NCBI GenBank assembly: GCA_963764495.1
Contig: CAVXSR010000022.1
Coordinates: 171,501 to 235,500 of the forward strand
DNA: 64,000 nucleotides
Origin: Vicinamibacteria bacterium
GTDB taxonomy: Bacteria > Acidobacteriota > Vicinamibacteria > Vicinamibacterales > JAENWD01
Reading direction: 5' to 3'
Part shown: in pieces, positions 8,619 through 18,060 of the stretch
How positions within the stretch are numbered: the stretch's first letter is position 1
Layout: each line of letters opens with the position of its first letter
Made by a program: the position numbers and the translations under genes
Notes under the pieces: model-generated
What the model saw: only the letters and a program-made list of their open reading frames with translations
Databases searched by the model: none
What the model was told of the DNA's origin: nothing

Positions 8619-9254
8619 ATGGCATTCGAGGATGACGATCGTGATCGCCGTGACGACGGCGACGCGGCGCTGAACGTCAGTCGACGGGCATTCCTCAAGA
8701 CCGTGAGCGCGTCGTCGCTCGCCGCCGGTGTGCTGAGTCCGGCCGAAACCGACGCGCAGGCGGGCCCGGCGCCGGTTGGGCCGGGCGACGTGCCAATCAA
8801 GCTCACGATCGACGGCAAGACGCATGCGCTGTCGGTCGAGCCGCGCGTCACGCTGCTCGATGCGATGCGCAACCGGCTCGACATCACCGGGCTGAAGCGT
8901 GTCTGCGATCGCGGCACGTGCGGCGCCTGCACGGTGATCGTCGACGGGCGCACGCACTATTCGTGTTCGCTGTTGGCGATCGACATGCAGGGCGTGCCGA
9001 TCCGGACCGTGGAAGGACTGACTACGGGCACGGTCCTTCATCCCGTGCAGGAGGCGTTCTGCAAGACGGACGGCCTGATGTGCGGCTTCTGCACCCCCGG
9101 GTTCGTCGTGTCGGCGGTGGCGCTGCTCGAAAAGACGCCGGCGCCGACGGCGGACCAGGCGAAGGCCGCCCTCAGCGGCAATATCTGTCGATGCGGCACC
9201 TACACCCGCGTCCTCGAAGCCGTGCTTGCGACGAAGGGGGTGGCCCGTGGCTGA
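8619..9254 (+). CDS. (2Fe-2S)-binding small subunit of xanthine-dehydrogenase-family molybdoenzyme, Tat-exported (PaoA-like)
   Basis: Start at MAFEDDD. Twin-arginine SRRAFLK. CDRGTCGACTV and CGFCTPG...CRCGTY cluster motifs. Confidence 0.9.
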   Translation: MAFEDDDRDRRDDGDAALNVSRRAFLKTVSASSLAAGVLSPAETDAQAGPAPVGPGDVPIKLTIDGKTHALSVEPRVTLLDAMRNRLDITGLKRVCDRGTCGACTVIVDGRTHYSCSLLAIDMQGVPIRTVEGLTTGTVLHPVQEAFCKTDGLMCGFCTPGFVVSAVALLEKTPAPTADQAKAALSGNICRCGTYTRVLEAVLATKGVARG

Positions 9255-11433
9255 ATCTCCGCAGGTCCCCGAAGTCAGAACCGCGGCGCAGCCGGCCAAG
9301 CACGAGAAGTACCCGTGGCCGGACAAGCCTGTTCTCATCGGCACGCGCGTGCCGCGGCTGGACGGCAGCGTCAAGGCCACCGGGCGCGCGAAGTACTCGT
9401 TCGACATCAACCGGCCCGGCATGCTCCATGGCCGTATCCTCCGATCGCCGCACCCGCATGCGCGGATCGTCTCGCTCGACCTCGGCGCCGCGGAAAAGGC
9501 GCCGGGAGTCAAGGCCGTGCTGGCGATGGCCGAGCCCGGCAAAGAGCTGATGTTCCAGGGCGATGAGATTGCAGCCGTCGCCGCCGCGACCGAGGAGCAG
9601 GCAAAGGATGCGCTGCGCCTGATCAAGATCGAGTACGAAGTGCTGCCCCATATCGCGACCGTCACGCTCGCGATGCGCCAGGGTGCGCCGCCTGTCTTCA
9701 AGGACGGCAACATCAAGGAGGGCGAGGCGCAGCAGGCCGGCGATCTGGACGCGGGGTTCGCGCAGGCGGTGCAGACGATCGAGGCCAGCTACGAGACGCA
9801 GGTGCAGACGCATGTCTCGCTCGAAACGCACGGCTGCGTGTGCGAGTGGCAGGGCGAAAACCTGACGTCCTGGGCGTCGACGCAGGCCGTTCACGGTACG
9901 CGCGAAGGATTCGCGGAGGCGCTCGGCATTCCTCAGTCGAACATCCGGGTGATTACCGAGTTCATGGGCGGAGGGTTTGGCAGCAAGTTCGGGCCCGACA
10001 TCCAGGGCGTGGCGTGTGCGAAGCTGGCCAAGCAGGCCGGCGCGGCGGTGAAGATGATGCTCGATCGCAAGGAAGAGCATCTGGCGGTCGGCAATCGCCC
10101 CTCGTCGTTCTCCCGCATCAAGGCGGGGGTCAATGCCGACGGCATCATCACCGCGTTCGATGCCGAGTCGTGGGGCACCGGTGGCGCCGGCGTCGGTGCG
10201 GGGTTCCCGCTGCCTTACATCTACCGCGTCGCGAATCGTCGCCGCCGCCACAAGGACGTGTTCACGAACGCGGGTCCCGCGAGGGCGATGCGCGCGCCTG
10301 GTCATCCGCAGGGGTGCTTCCACACCGAGATGCTGATGGACGAACTCGCGGACGCGCTGAAGATGGATCCGCTCGAGTTCCGGATCAAGAACCTGCCGCC
10401 CGAGGCGCCGAACGCGATGTGGCGGAAGTACTACCCGATCGCCGCCGAGATGTTCGGCTGGAGCAAGCGCCATCCGACCGGCGATCCCACGCCCGGGCCG
10501 ATCAAGCGCGGCATGGGCTGCGCCGCGAACCAGTGGGGTGGCGGTGGGCGCGGCACCAAGGCGCACTGCGAAATCACATCGGACGGCAGCGTCGTCGTCC
10601 GCTGCGGGACGCAGGATATCGGCGTGGGCACGAAGACGACGGTGACGATGATCACGGCCGAAACGCTGGGCGTGCCGATGAACATGGTGAAAGCCGAGAT
10701 CGGCGACACGAACTATCCGTTCAGCGGCGGATCGGGCGGCAGCACGACAGCGCCGTCAGTGTCGCCGGCGATTCGCGTCACGACCGGGAAAGCGCTCGAC
10801 GCGTTGAAGGCGCGCATCGCGCCGGGCCTCGGCGTGGATCCCGCCGCCCTGGTCGCGGTGAACGGACGGATCCAGTCGAAAGACGACCCGTCGAAGGGCC
10901 TGACGTGGAAGGAGGCCTGCCGCAAGCTCGGGACCGAGCCGGTGTCGGTGGACGGCGAATGGGAAGCGGGCCTCTCCGCGAGCGGCACGAGCGGCGTGCA
11001 GTTCGCGGAAGTCGAAGTGGACACCGAGACGGGAGTCACCAAGGTCACGCGGATCACGTGCGTCCAGGACTGCGGGCTGGTCCTGGACGAGCTGACCGCC
11101 GAGAGCCAGTGCATCGGCGGCATGGTGATGGGCGTGAACTACGCGCTCTTCGAGAACCGGCTGCTGGATCGCGTCACCGGCCACATGGTGAACCCGAACA
11201 TGGAGTGGTATCTGCTGGCCGGTCCGGCGGATATCCCGAAGATCGAGGTCAAGCTGATGAATCAGCCGGAGCGCGGGGTCATCGGTATCGGCGAGCCGCC
11301 GACGATCTCCACGGCTGCCGCAATTTCCAATGCCGTCGCGAATGCGATCGGCGTGCGCGTGCGGAGCATCCCGCTGACGCCGGAAAAGGTGCTCACGGCG
11401 ATCGCGACGCGGGGAACTGGAGGGACGCTGTGA
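9247..11433 (+). CDS. molybdopterin-binding large subunit (PaoC-like)
   Basis: GTG at 9247 overlaps the upstream stop. Contains RVPRLDGSVKATGRAKYSFD, GGGFGSKF and RAPGHPQG motifs. 728 aa. Confidence 0.9.
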   Translation: MAESPQVPEVRTAAQPAKHEKYPWPDKPVLIGTRVPRLDGSVKATGRAKYSFDINRPGMLHGRILRSPHPHARIVSLDLGAAEKAPGVKAVLAMAEPGKELMFQGDEIAAVAAATEEQAKDALRLIKIEYEVLPHIATVTLAMRQGAPPVFKDGNIKEGEAQQAGDLDAGFAQAVQTIEASYETQVQTHVSLETHGCVCEWQGENLTSWASTQAVHGTREGFAEALGIPQSNIRVITEFMGGGFGSKFGPDIQGVACAKLAKQAGAAVKMMLDRKEEHLAVGNRPSSFSRIKAGVNADGIITAFDAESWGTGGAGVGAGFPLPYIYRVANRRRRHKDVFTNAGPARAMRAPGHPQGCFHTEMLMDELADALKMDPLEFRIKNLPPEAPNAMWRKYYPIAAEMFGWSKRHPTGDPTPGPIKRGMGCAANQWGGGGRGTKAHCEITSDGSVVVRCGTQDIGVGTKTTVTMITAETLGVPMNMVKAEIGDTNYPFSGGSGGSTTAPSVSPAIRVTTGKALDALKARIAPGLGVDPAALVAVNGRIQSKDDPSKGLTWKEACRKLGTEPVSVDGEWEAGLSASGTSGVQFAEVEVDTETGVTKVTRITCVQDCGLVLDELTAESQCIGGMVMGVNYALFENRLLDRVTGHMVNPNMEWYLLAGPADIPKIEVKLMNQPERGVIGIGEPPTISTAAAISNAVANAIGVRVRSIPLTPEKVLTAIATRGTGGTL

Positions 11434-12404
11434 AGGCCTTTGCCTACGTCAATGCGGCCAGCCAGGCCGAGGCGGTTGCCGCAATGGCGACCGCCGCCCG
11501 GGGCAAGACCATGGCGCTCGCCGGCGGCATGGACCTGATCTCGCTGATGAAGGACTACGTGGCGCAGCCCGACGTCCTCGTCAACGTAAAGAAGCTACCG
11601 GCGACGATCACCGCGCCGGCGCAGGGGTTGACCGTCGTCGGTGCGGCGGCCAAGCTTGCCGACGTCGCGGAGCACGCGGCGCTTCAGAAGGCGTACCCCG
11701 CATTCGCTGACGCCGCGCTGTCGGTGGGGACGCCTCAGATCCGCAACGCCGGCACCGTCGGCGGAAACCTGATGCAGCGCCCGCGCTGCTGGTATTTCCG
11801 GAACGAGGAGTTCAACTGCCTGAAGAAGGGCGGCGCGCGCTGCTTCGCCGTCGACGGCGAGAACCAGTTTCACGCGATCTTCGGCGACGGCCCGTGCCAC
11901 ATCGTTCATCCGTCGACGCTGGCGCTGCCGCTCATCGCCTACGGCGGTCGGATCAAGGTGGTGGGCCCGTCGGGCGAGCGCGAGGTCGAGGCCGACAAGT
12001 TCTTCGTCATGCCGGACCGGAACATGTTCGGTGAGACCGTGCTCGAGCCGAACGAGCTGGTCACCGAGGTGATCCTGCCGATGACGCCGAACACGAAGAG
12101 CGCGCTCTACGAGGTGAAGTTCAAGCAGTCGCACGACTGGCCGATCGCGATGGCGGCCGTCGCGCTGCGGATGAACGGCACGACCGTCGACAGCGCGCGT
12201 GTCGTCCTCGGCGCGGTGGCGCCGATTCCGTGGCGGTCGCAGGCCGCCGAGGCCGTGCTGAAAGGCAAGACGATTGACGAAGCGACGGCTGCGAAGGCCG
12301 CGGATGCGGCGCTCGCGGACGCAAAGCCCATGAGCGGCAACGCCTACAAAGTGCAAGTCACCAAGGTGGCCTTGCGCCGGGCGATCATGAAGGCGGTGGC
12401 ATAA
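11430..12404 (+). CDS. FAD-binding subunit (PaoB-like)
   Basis: GTG at 11430 overlaps the upstream TGA and follows GGAGGG. Contains LAGGMDLISLMK, IRNAGTVGGNLMQRPRCWYFR and a CO-dehydrogenase flavoprotein-like C-terminus. Confidence 0.9.
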   Translation: MKAFAYVNAASQAEAVAAMATAARGKTMALAGGMDLISLMKDYVAQPDVLVNVKKLPATITAPAQGLTVVGAAAKLADVAEHAALQKAYPAFADAALSVGTPQIRNAGTVGGNLMQRPRCWYFRNEEFNCLKKGGARCFAVDGENQFHAIFGDGPCHIVHPSTLALPLIAYGGRIKVVGPSGEREVEADKFFVMPDRNMFGETVLEPNELVTEVILPMTPNTKSALYEVKFKQSHDWPIAMAAVALRMNGTTVDSARVVLGAVAPIPWRSQAAEAVLKGKTIDEATAAKAADAALADAKPMSGNAYKVQVTKVALRRAIMKAVA

Positions 12405-12406
12405 CC

Positions 12407-12631
12407 ATGGATCACCCAACTCCGTCGTCCCGTCTCGTGAACGCCACGCACTGCGAGCATCTGCGGCACAAGGGGATGTACGTGCTGTCGGTGCCGGAGC
12501 CGTCCGAGTTCCACGATTCCTACGATGCGACTGCGTACTGGTGCACGAAGACGCAGAAGCCGATTGGCCCGGACGGCGGCGCGGCGCACGCCGACGCGTG
12601 CCAGGGCACCCGGGAGTGCTGCTCCCATTGA
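12407..12631 (+). CDS. small Cys-rich conserved hypothetical protein
   Basis: 74-aa ORF starting 2 nt after the FAD subunit. The pattern CEHLRHKGMY...YWCTKTQKPIGPDG...C..TRECC resembles small proteins I recall from other genomes. Function unknown. Confidence 0.5.
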   Translation: MDHPTPSSRLVNATHCEHLRHKGMYVLSVPEPSEFHDSYDATAYWCTKTQKPIGPDGGAAHADACQGTRECCSH

Positions 12632-12638
12632 CGTCGAT

Positions 12639-12732
12639 GGCCGAGCTAAAGCTCGGCCCTACGACTGCCTCGCGTACAATACGTACGTAGGCCCAATTAC
12701 GTAGGTACGTAGGCCCAAGCTTTAGCTTGGGC
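12639..12732. repeat. REPIN-like inverted doublet plus a partial unit
   Basis: GGCCGAGC-TAAAG-CTCGGCCCTACG ... TACGTAGGCCCAAttacgtagg ... TACGTAGGCCCAAGC-TTTAG-CTTGGGC. Confidence 0.85.
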
Positions 12733-12761
12733 ATTTCACGCATTCAGGCAAGGAGTTCTCC

Positions 12762-13436
12762 ATGAAACGCGCAGTTCTTGCGGTGGCGTTCATGCTGGCC
12801 GCCGTGCCGGCCTTCGCGGGCGGCGCCGTCGTTGGCGAGTATGTCGAAGCCCGCACGGCTGAAGTGTTCGCCGGCGGCTGCATCATGAGCAGCCAGGCGG
12901 AAACGATGGGCCGCGAGGCCGTCCTGGCGTGGCACGTCCGCTCGGGCGACTACGACGGCGAGCAGCTCGCGGGCTTGTCGGTGGTCGCGGCGGTCGCCGG
13001 CGACCGGAACCTCGGCATCCGCGAGATCGGCGGTGAAGCGCCGTCGGCGGTGCGCGGCATCGTGTTCGTCGACCAGAACGCGACCCCATCACAGCAGCGG
13101 GCGCTGGTCCGATTGGCGCAGACGCTGTCGCGTGGGCTTATCACCGATCTCGTCGACGTGAGGGCCGTTCCGGTCGCGTACAACGCGACGGCCACGACGA
13201 TCGCCGTGACGGCTGGCGATGCGAAGCTGGCCGTGCAGCGGCACAATCATCATACGGCGGGCTGCGGCGCCATGAAATGGTTCACGCCGTTCAGCTCGGT
13301 CGACGGCGCGATGATCGGCGTGACGGATGCCAACGAGTACGACGGCCGTGCGCTCGGCATCCGCTGGAGCGACCCGAACCGCAAGTCGGCGTTCTCGGGC
13401 ACGTTCACGCTGACCCCGGCCACGGGCACGAATTGA
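12762..13436 (+). CDS. secreted protein of unknown function (DUF1326-like pattern, tentative)
   Basis: Signal peptide MKRAVLAVAFMLAAVPAFA. Coding-like composition. The resemblance to DUF1326 is from memory only. Confidence 0.65.
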   Translation: MKRAVLAVAFMLAAVPAFAGGAVVGEYVEARTAEVFAGGCIMSSQAETMGREAVLAWHVRSGDYDGEQLAGLSVVAAVAGDRNLGIREIGGEAPSAVRGIVFVDQNATPSQQRALVRLAQTLSRGLITDLVDVRAVPVAYNATATTIAVTAGDAKLAVQRHNHHTAGCGAMKWFTPFSSVDGAMIGVTDANEYDGRALGIRWSDPNRKSAFSGTFTLTPATGTN

Positions 13437-14089
13437 GCCGAGCCGCGCTGCTCGTTGCCATTCTCGCTGCGGGCACGACTCTTTCGGGACAGGCGCTGAC
13501 CGCGACCAAAGCGGCAGCGCCGCCGCCCTCCGACATCGCGCCGGCCATCGCGACGCTCCTTTCGCCGGACGGCATCTCGGTCACCGTCGGGGATGTGCCC
13601 GTGACGCTGTGGTGGGTCAAGGCGCTGCCGCTCGAGACGGCGCCTTCGGGCTCGCCGAAATGGTCCGATGTGTCCGAGGGGACGCTCGTCGGCGTGCTCA
13701 CCGTCGGTGGCACGTGGCACGACATCAGGGGGTATGTGCTGAAACCCGGCGCCTACACCCTGCGGTTTGCGATGCAGCCGCAGAACGGCGATCACCTCGG
13801 CGTGTCGCCGAATCGTGAGTTCCTGCTGCTGGCGCCCGCGGCTGCCGACACGGCGCCCGGCGTGGTCGGCGCCAAGGCCGCCGTCGATCTCTCGAAGAAG
13901 GCCGTCAATCGCGCGCACCCCTCGGCGCTCAGCCTCGATCCGCCGGTGGCCACGCGCCCCGCGCTGTCACCCGTCTCGAACGATATCGGGCTCGACGGCG
14001 TCGCCTTTGCCGTGCCGACCTCCTTCCAGGGCAAGCCAGTCGGCGAGATCGCGTTCGGGCTGATTCTGCGGGGTACTATTCAGCAGTAG
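13433..14089 (+). CDS. secreted protein of unknown function
   Basis: TTG at 13433 overlaps the upstream TGA. Signal peptide LSRAALLVAILAAGTTLSGQA. In the frame of ORF 13277..14089. Confidence 0.6.
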   Translation: MSRAALLVAILAAGTTLSGQALTATKAAAPPPSDIAPAIATLLSPDGISVTVGDVPVTLWWVKALPLETAPSGSPKWSDVSEGTLVGVLTVGGTWHDIRGYVLKPGAYTLRFAMQPQNGDHLGVSPNREFLLLAPAAADTAPGVVGAKAAVDLSKKAVNRAHPSALSLDPPVATRPALSPVSNDIGLDGVAFAVPTSFQGKPVGEIAFGLILRGTIQQ

Positions 14090-14108
14090 TGTCGCAGACG
14101 CGCCCACA

Positions 14109-14849
14109 ATGAACCTCACCGCTCGCGGTGTCCTCATCACCGGCGTCAAGCGCATCGGCGCCATCGTGGCTGTCGATCTGGCTCATGCGGGCGCCGACGT
14201 CGTCCTCTCGTATAACCGCTCGCGAACCGAGGCGGACGCGACGGCGGACGCCATCACTGCCCTCGGACGGCGAGCCTTCGCCATTCACGCCGACCTCTCG
14301 AAGCCGGACGCATGCCGTCGCCTGGTGGAAGATGCGGTGCAGGCGCTGGGGCGACTGGACGTGCTGATCAACATGGCGTCCGTCTACGTGGCGACGCCCT
14401 ACGATGCGCTGACGGATGCGAACTGGGACGCGGCGGTCAATGTCGATCTTCGGGCGTCGCACCTCTGCACGCAGGCGGCGGTGCCGCACATGCGCCGACA
14501 GGGCGGTGGCCGCGTGGTCAATTTTTCGGACTGGATTTCGGCGAGCGGCCGGCCCCGCTATACGGAGTACCTTCCGTACTACGTCGCGAAAGCCGGCGTG
14601 ATTGGTCTGACCGAGATCCTGGCTCTCGAGCTCGCGAAAGACGGCATCCTCGTGAACGCCGTTGCGCCCGGCCCGATTCTGCCGCCTCCAGGGATCTCCG
14701 ACGCCGAAAGCGACGCGGTCATCAAGGCCACGCCGCTCGGACGTTGGGGCGGCGGAGCGGAAGTCACGAAGGCCGTGCGCTTCCTGATCGAGACAGACTT
14801 CGTCACCGGCGAGGTGATCCGCGTCGACGGTGGGCGGCACGTGCGGTGA
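14109..14849 (+). CDS. SDR-family oxidoreductase
   Basis: VLITGVKRIG nucleotide-binding turn, YYVAKAG catalytic YxxxK, VNAVAPGPI. Confidence 0.9.
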   Translation: MNLTARGVLITGVKRIGAIVAVDLAHAGADVVLSYNRSRTEADATADAITALGRRAFAIHADLSKPDACRRLVEDAVQALGRLDVLINMASVYVATPYDALTDANWDAAVNVDLRASHLCTQAAVPHMRRQGGGRVVNFSDWISASGRPRYTEYLPYYVAKAGVIGLTEILALELAKDGILVNAVAPGPILPPPGISDAESDAVIKATPLGRWGGGAEVTKAVRFLIETDFVTGEVIRVDGGRHVR

Positions 14850-14879
14850 CGGCAGTTTTCGTTATCCTTTCTGACATCT

Positions 14880-17105
14880 ATGGGTTCTATTCGCGCCGCC
14901 TTTCCTCTGGCAGCTCTTGTTGCCGTCATCGTCATACTGCCGGATCGTGTCCTTGCGCAGACCAAGCTGCTCACGATCGATGACCTGTACGACCCCGTGA
15001 AGAAGGTCGATTTCGGCAAGACGCGGTCGCCGCGCGAGTCGCCCTTCGTGTGGCTGAACGACGGCGAGTACGTGCGCAAGGGAGACGACGGCCGCTACTA
15101 CCGCGTCGAGGCGATGTCCGGAACGGAAACGCCGGTCTTTGACCCCGCCCGGCTCGACCAGGCGCTGTCGCTCGCGCCAGGCGTCACGCTGAAGGAGCGC
15201 GGAAAGCCGCGCGCCGTCACGTTTTCGCCGGACTACCGCGCGCTCGTCTGCCTCCACGAGGAGGACCTCTTTTACTGGAAGATCGGTGAGACCTCGGTTC
15301 GGCGATTGACCGCGACGCCATCGAAGGAGGAAGCCGCCCAGTTCAGCCCGGACGGACGGCTCGTCGCGTTCGTCCGCGACAACAACCTGTTCGTGGTCGA
15401 TGTCGACGGCAAAGAGCGCGCCCTGACCAGCGACGGCACGGCGGTCGTCATGAACGGCAAGTTCGACTGGGTTTATCAGGAGGAGATCTACGGGCGCGGC
15501 ACCTATCGGGCATTCTGGTGGAGCCCCGATTCCTCGCGTCTCGCGTTCATCCAGCTATCCGACGAGAACGTCCCGATCTTCCCTGTCGTCGATCAGATCC
15601 CGCTGCAGCAGGAGGTCGAGCAGACGCGATATCCGCGGCCGGGCGATCCGAATCCTACAGTCAGGCTCGCCGTGGCGCGCGCATCCGGCGGCGTGCGGTG
15701 GATAGACACCGCGAAATACAGCGATGCCGACCACCTGATCGTCAATGTGTCGTGGGCACCCGACAGCGCGCGCGTCTCGTATCAGGTCCAGAATCGCGAG
15801 CAGACCTGGCTCGATCTGAACCTCGCCGACGCGACGACGGGCCGCAGCAGCACTCTGTTTCGCGAAACGAGCAGAGCCTGGGTCGCCGACAACGGCGCGC
15901 CGATCTGGCTGAAGGACGGCGGCTTCGTGTGGCTGAGTGAACGCACTGGCTTCGAGCACGCCTATCGATACACCGTCGACGGCACGCTGTCCGGTGCCAT
16001 GACGACGGGCCGCTGGGACGTACGGACGTCGTACGGTGTGGACGAGAGAAACAGCAGCTTCTATTTCGCCGGGACCGAGCACAGTCCGATCGGCGGTGAC
16101 ATCTACCGGGTGTCGCTCGATGGAACGGGCCTCACACGGCTGTCCACGTCGGACGGTACCCACGCGGCCGACTTCAACCCATCGCACACGCTCTATGTCG
16201 ATACCTGGAGCGACGTGTCCACGCCGCCACAGGTGCGGCTACACCAAGCCGACGGCACGCTCGTCCGCGTCGTCGATGGCGGCGACCTGCCCGCGCTGAC
16301 GCACTACCGGCTCTCGACGCCCGAGTTCGTCCACGTGACAACGAAGGACGGGTTCGTGCTCGAAGCGATGATGATCAAGCCGCGGGATTTCGATCCATCG
16401 CGGAAATATCCCGTCTATCAGCACACTTACGCCGGTCCGTACGCGCCAACGGTCAAGAACGCCTGGGCGGGCACCACCGGTCTCTACCACCAGCTCCTCG
16501 CCCAACGCGGCATCGTGGTGTGGATTTGCGACAATCGATCGGCGAGCGGCAAGGGCATCGAGTCCGCGTGGGTCGCCTACAAGCGGCTCGGCGAAACCGA
16601 GCTCGCCGACATGGAAGAATGCCTTGGCTGGCTGAAGGCGCAGCCGTGGGTGGACGGCACGCGCATCGGATTGAACGGGTGGAGTTACGGCGGGTTCATG
16701 ACCGCCTACGCCTTGACCCACAGCGCCAGCTACGCGATGGGGATTGCCGGCGGCAGCGTCGTCGACTGGCGCAACTACGATTCGATCTACACCGAACGCT
16801 ACATGATGCTGCCGAAGAACAACCCGGATGGCTACGCGCGGACGGCGCCGCAAAACGCGGCGGCGAACCTGCACGGGCAGCTGTTGCTGATCCATGGCAC
16901 GATGGATGACAACGTGCACATGGCCAACACGATGCAGTTCGCCTACGAGCTGCAGAAGGCGGGGAAGCCGTTCGAGCTGATGCTGTATCCGAAGTCGCGC
17001 CACGGCGTCACCGATCCACTGCTCGTGAAGCACCTGCACGAACGGATGCTGGATTTCACCCTCAGAACGCTGAAGCCTGAGCCCGTGGCGGCCGGTACGC
17101 GATAA
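14880..17105 (+). CDS. dipeptidyl-peptidase IV-type S9B serine peptidase
   Basis: N-terminal beta-propeller region (FSPDGRLVAFVRDNNLF, WSPDSSRLAF), catalytic GWSYGGFM, C-terminal HGTMDDNVH. 741 aa with a signal peptide. Confidence 0.9.
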   Translation: MGSIRAAFPLAALVAVIVILPDRVLAQTKLLTIDDLYDPVKKVDFGKTRSPRESPFVWLNDGEYVRKGDDGRYYRVEAMSGTETPVFDPARLDQALSLAPGVTLKERGKPRAVTFSPDYRALVCLHEEDLFYWKIGETSVRRLTATPSKEEAAQFSPDGRLVAFVRDNNLFVVDVDGKERALTSDGTAVVMNGKFDWVYQEEIYGRGTYRAFWWSPDSSRLAFIQLSDENVPIFPVVDQIPLQQEVEQTRYPRPGDPNPTVRLAVARASGGVRWIDTAKYSDADHLIVNVSWAPDSARVSYQVQNREQTWLDLNLADATTGRSSTLFRETSRAWVADNGAPIWLKDGGFVWLSERTGFEHAYRYTVDGTLSGAMTTGRWDVRTSYGVDERNSSFYFAGTEHSPIGGDIYRVSLDGTGLTRLSTSDGTHAADFNPSHTLYVDTWSDVSTPPQVRLHQADGTLVRVVDGGDLPALTHYRLSTPEFVHVTTKDGFVLEAMMIKPRDFDPSRKYPVYQHTYAGPYAPTVKNAWAGTTGLYHQLLAQRGIVVWICDNRSASGKGIESAWVAYKRLGETELADMEECLGWLKAQPWVDGTRIGLNGWSYGGFMTAYALTHSASYAMGIAGGSVVDWRNYDSIYTERYMMLPKNNPDGYARTAPQNAAANLHGQLLLIHGTMDDNVHMANTMQFAYELQKAGKPFELMLYPKSRHGVTDPLLVKHLHERMLDFTLRTLKPEPVAAGTR

Positions 17106-17113
17106 CGTCGCGC

Positions 17114-17962
17114 ATGTCCCTGACAGACGCCCTGCGCGGCGACGCCACGGTCATCGCCGCCGAGCTCCGCCCGCCGCGTGCGGAGCTGGCTTCGGCCGAG
17201 GGCATAGACGCGTGGATCGACACGTATCACGCGGTGCGCGGCCTGACGCGCAGCGGCACCTACGTGTTCCTCACCGATTCTGCCGTCGGGCTCCAGGAAG
17301 AGGACAACCTGCGGCACCTCGTCGCGAACCTGGGGACCGACGTCCCGCGCGAGCGCGTCGTGCCCTTTCTGACCTCGAAGCACACGCTCGCCTACTGCCT
17401 GTCGTACGCCGAGCGCGCCTGGCAGCAGGCATTCAGCTCGCTCGTGGTGCTCGGCGGCGACAAGCACGTGGGACCGCCACGGTGCTTCGAGCACGCCTGG
17501 CAATTGCGGGCGCGGATCCGTGAGCGCGAGCCTCACCTGGCGCTGGGCGGATGGGCCAATCCGAACGGCGACGCCGACGCCCAGGTCGAGTACCTGCGCT
17601 CGGCCGATTTCACCGCGGAGTTCTTTCTGACGCAGATCGTGTCGCACCACGCGATTGATCCCGTCGCGCGGTTCGTCGAGGCGTCACGCCGGGGCGGCGT
17701 CACGCTGCCGGGCATGTTCGGCGTGTTCTTCTACCGGAGCGCGAGCCCGCGCACGTTGCAGGCGCTGAGCCAGTTTCTGCCGGTTCCGATCGAAGGCATC
17801 AGCCGGGAGTTCGCGGCGGGCGCGACGCCGGTCGATGTCTGCGCTCGCACGATTCGCGCGATGCTCGACATCGGCGTCCGGCACTTCTACGTCAGCAACC
17901 TGCCGCTGGCGCGCGCGCACAGCACGCTGGCGGCGATCATGGAGCGAGCGACTCGACAGTAG
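17114..17962 (+). CDS. methylenetetrahydrofolate reductase-like (MTHFR family) protein
   Basis: AAELRPPR and LVVLGGDK patterns fit MetF-like TIM barrels. Assignment is tentative. The stop TAG lies inside a repeat flank. Confidence 0.55.
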   Translation: MSLTDALRGDATVIAAELRPPRAELASAEGIDAWIDTYHAVRGLTRSGTYVFLTDSAVGLQEEDNLRHLVANLGTDVPRERVVPFLTSKHTLAYCLSYAERAWQQAFSSLVVLGGDKHVGPPRCFEHAWQLRARIREREPHLALGGWANPNGDADAQVEYLRSADFTAEFFLTQIVSHHAIDPVARFVEASRRGGVTLPGMFGVFFYRSASPRTLQALSQFLPVPIEGISREFAAGATPVDVCARTIRAMLDIGVRHFYVSNLPLARAHSTLAAIMERATRQ

Positions 17963-18012
17963 GGCCCGACTTTAGTCGGGCCAACGATAGGCCGAACTGA
18001 AGTTCGGCCCAA
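17959..18012. repeat. REP-like hairpin pair
   Basis: CAGTAGGGCCCGAC-TTTAG-TCGGGCC and GGCCGAAC-TGAAG-TTCGGCCCAACTG. Confidence 0.85.
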
Positions 18013-18060
18013 CTGCAGTCAGGACAGCGACGCCCTGACCAGCTTCGGCTCGGGCTCCGC

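Noticed and set aside
8412-12404. Long ORFs overlapping the molybdoenzyme genes (8412..9716 -, 9172..10566 -, and the 5' two thirds of 9840..12404 +)
   Set aside because: Arg/Ala/Gly/Pro-rich translations with no motifs. They are antisense or out-of-frame shadows of clearly motif-bearing genes, which is typical of high-GC DNA. Only the last 325 codons of 9840..12404 (the FAD subunit) are real.
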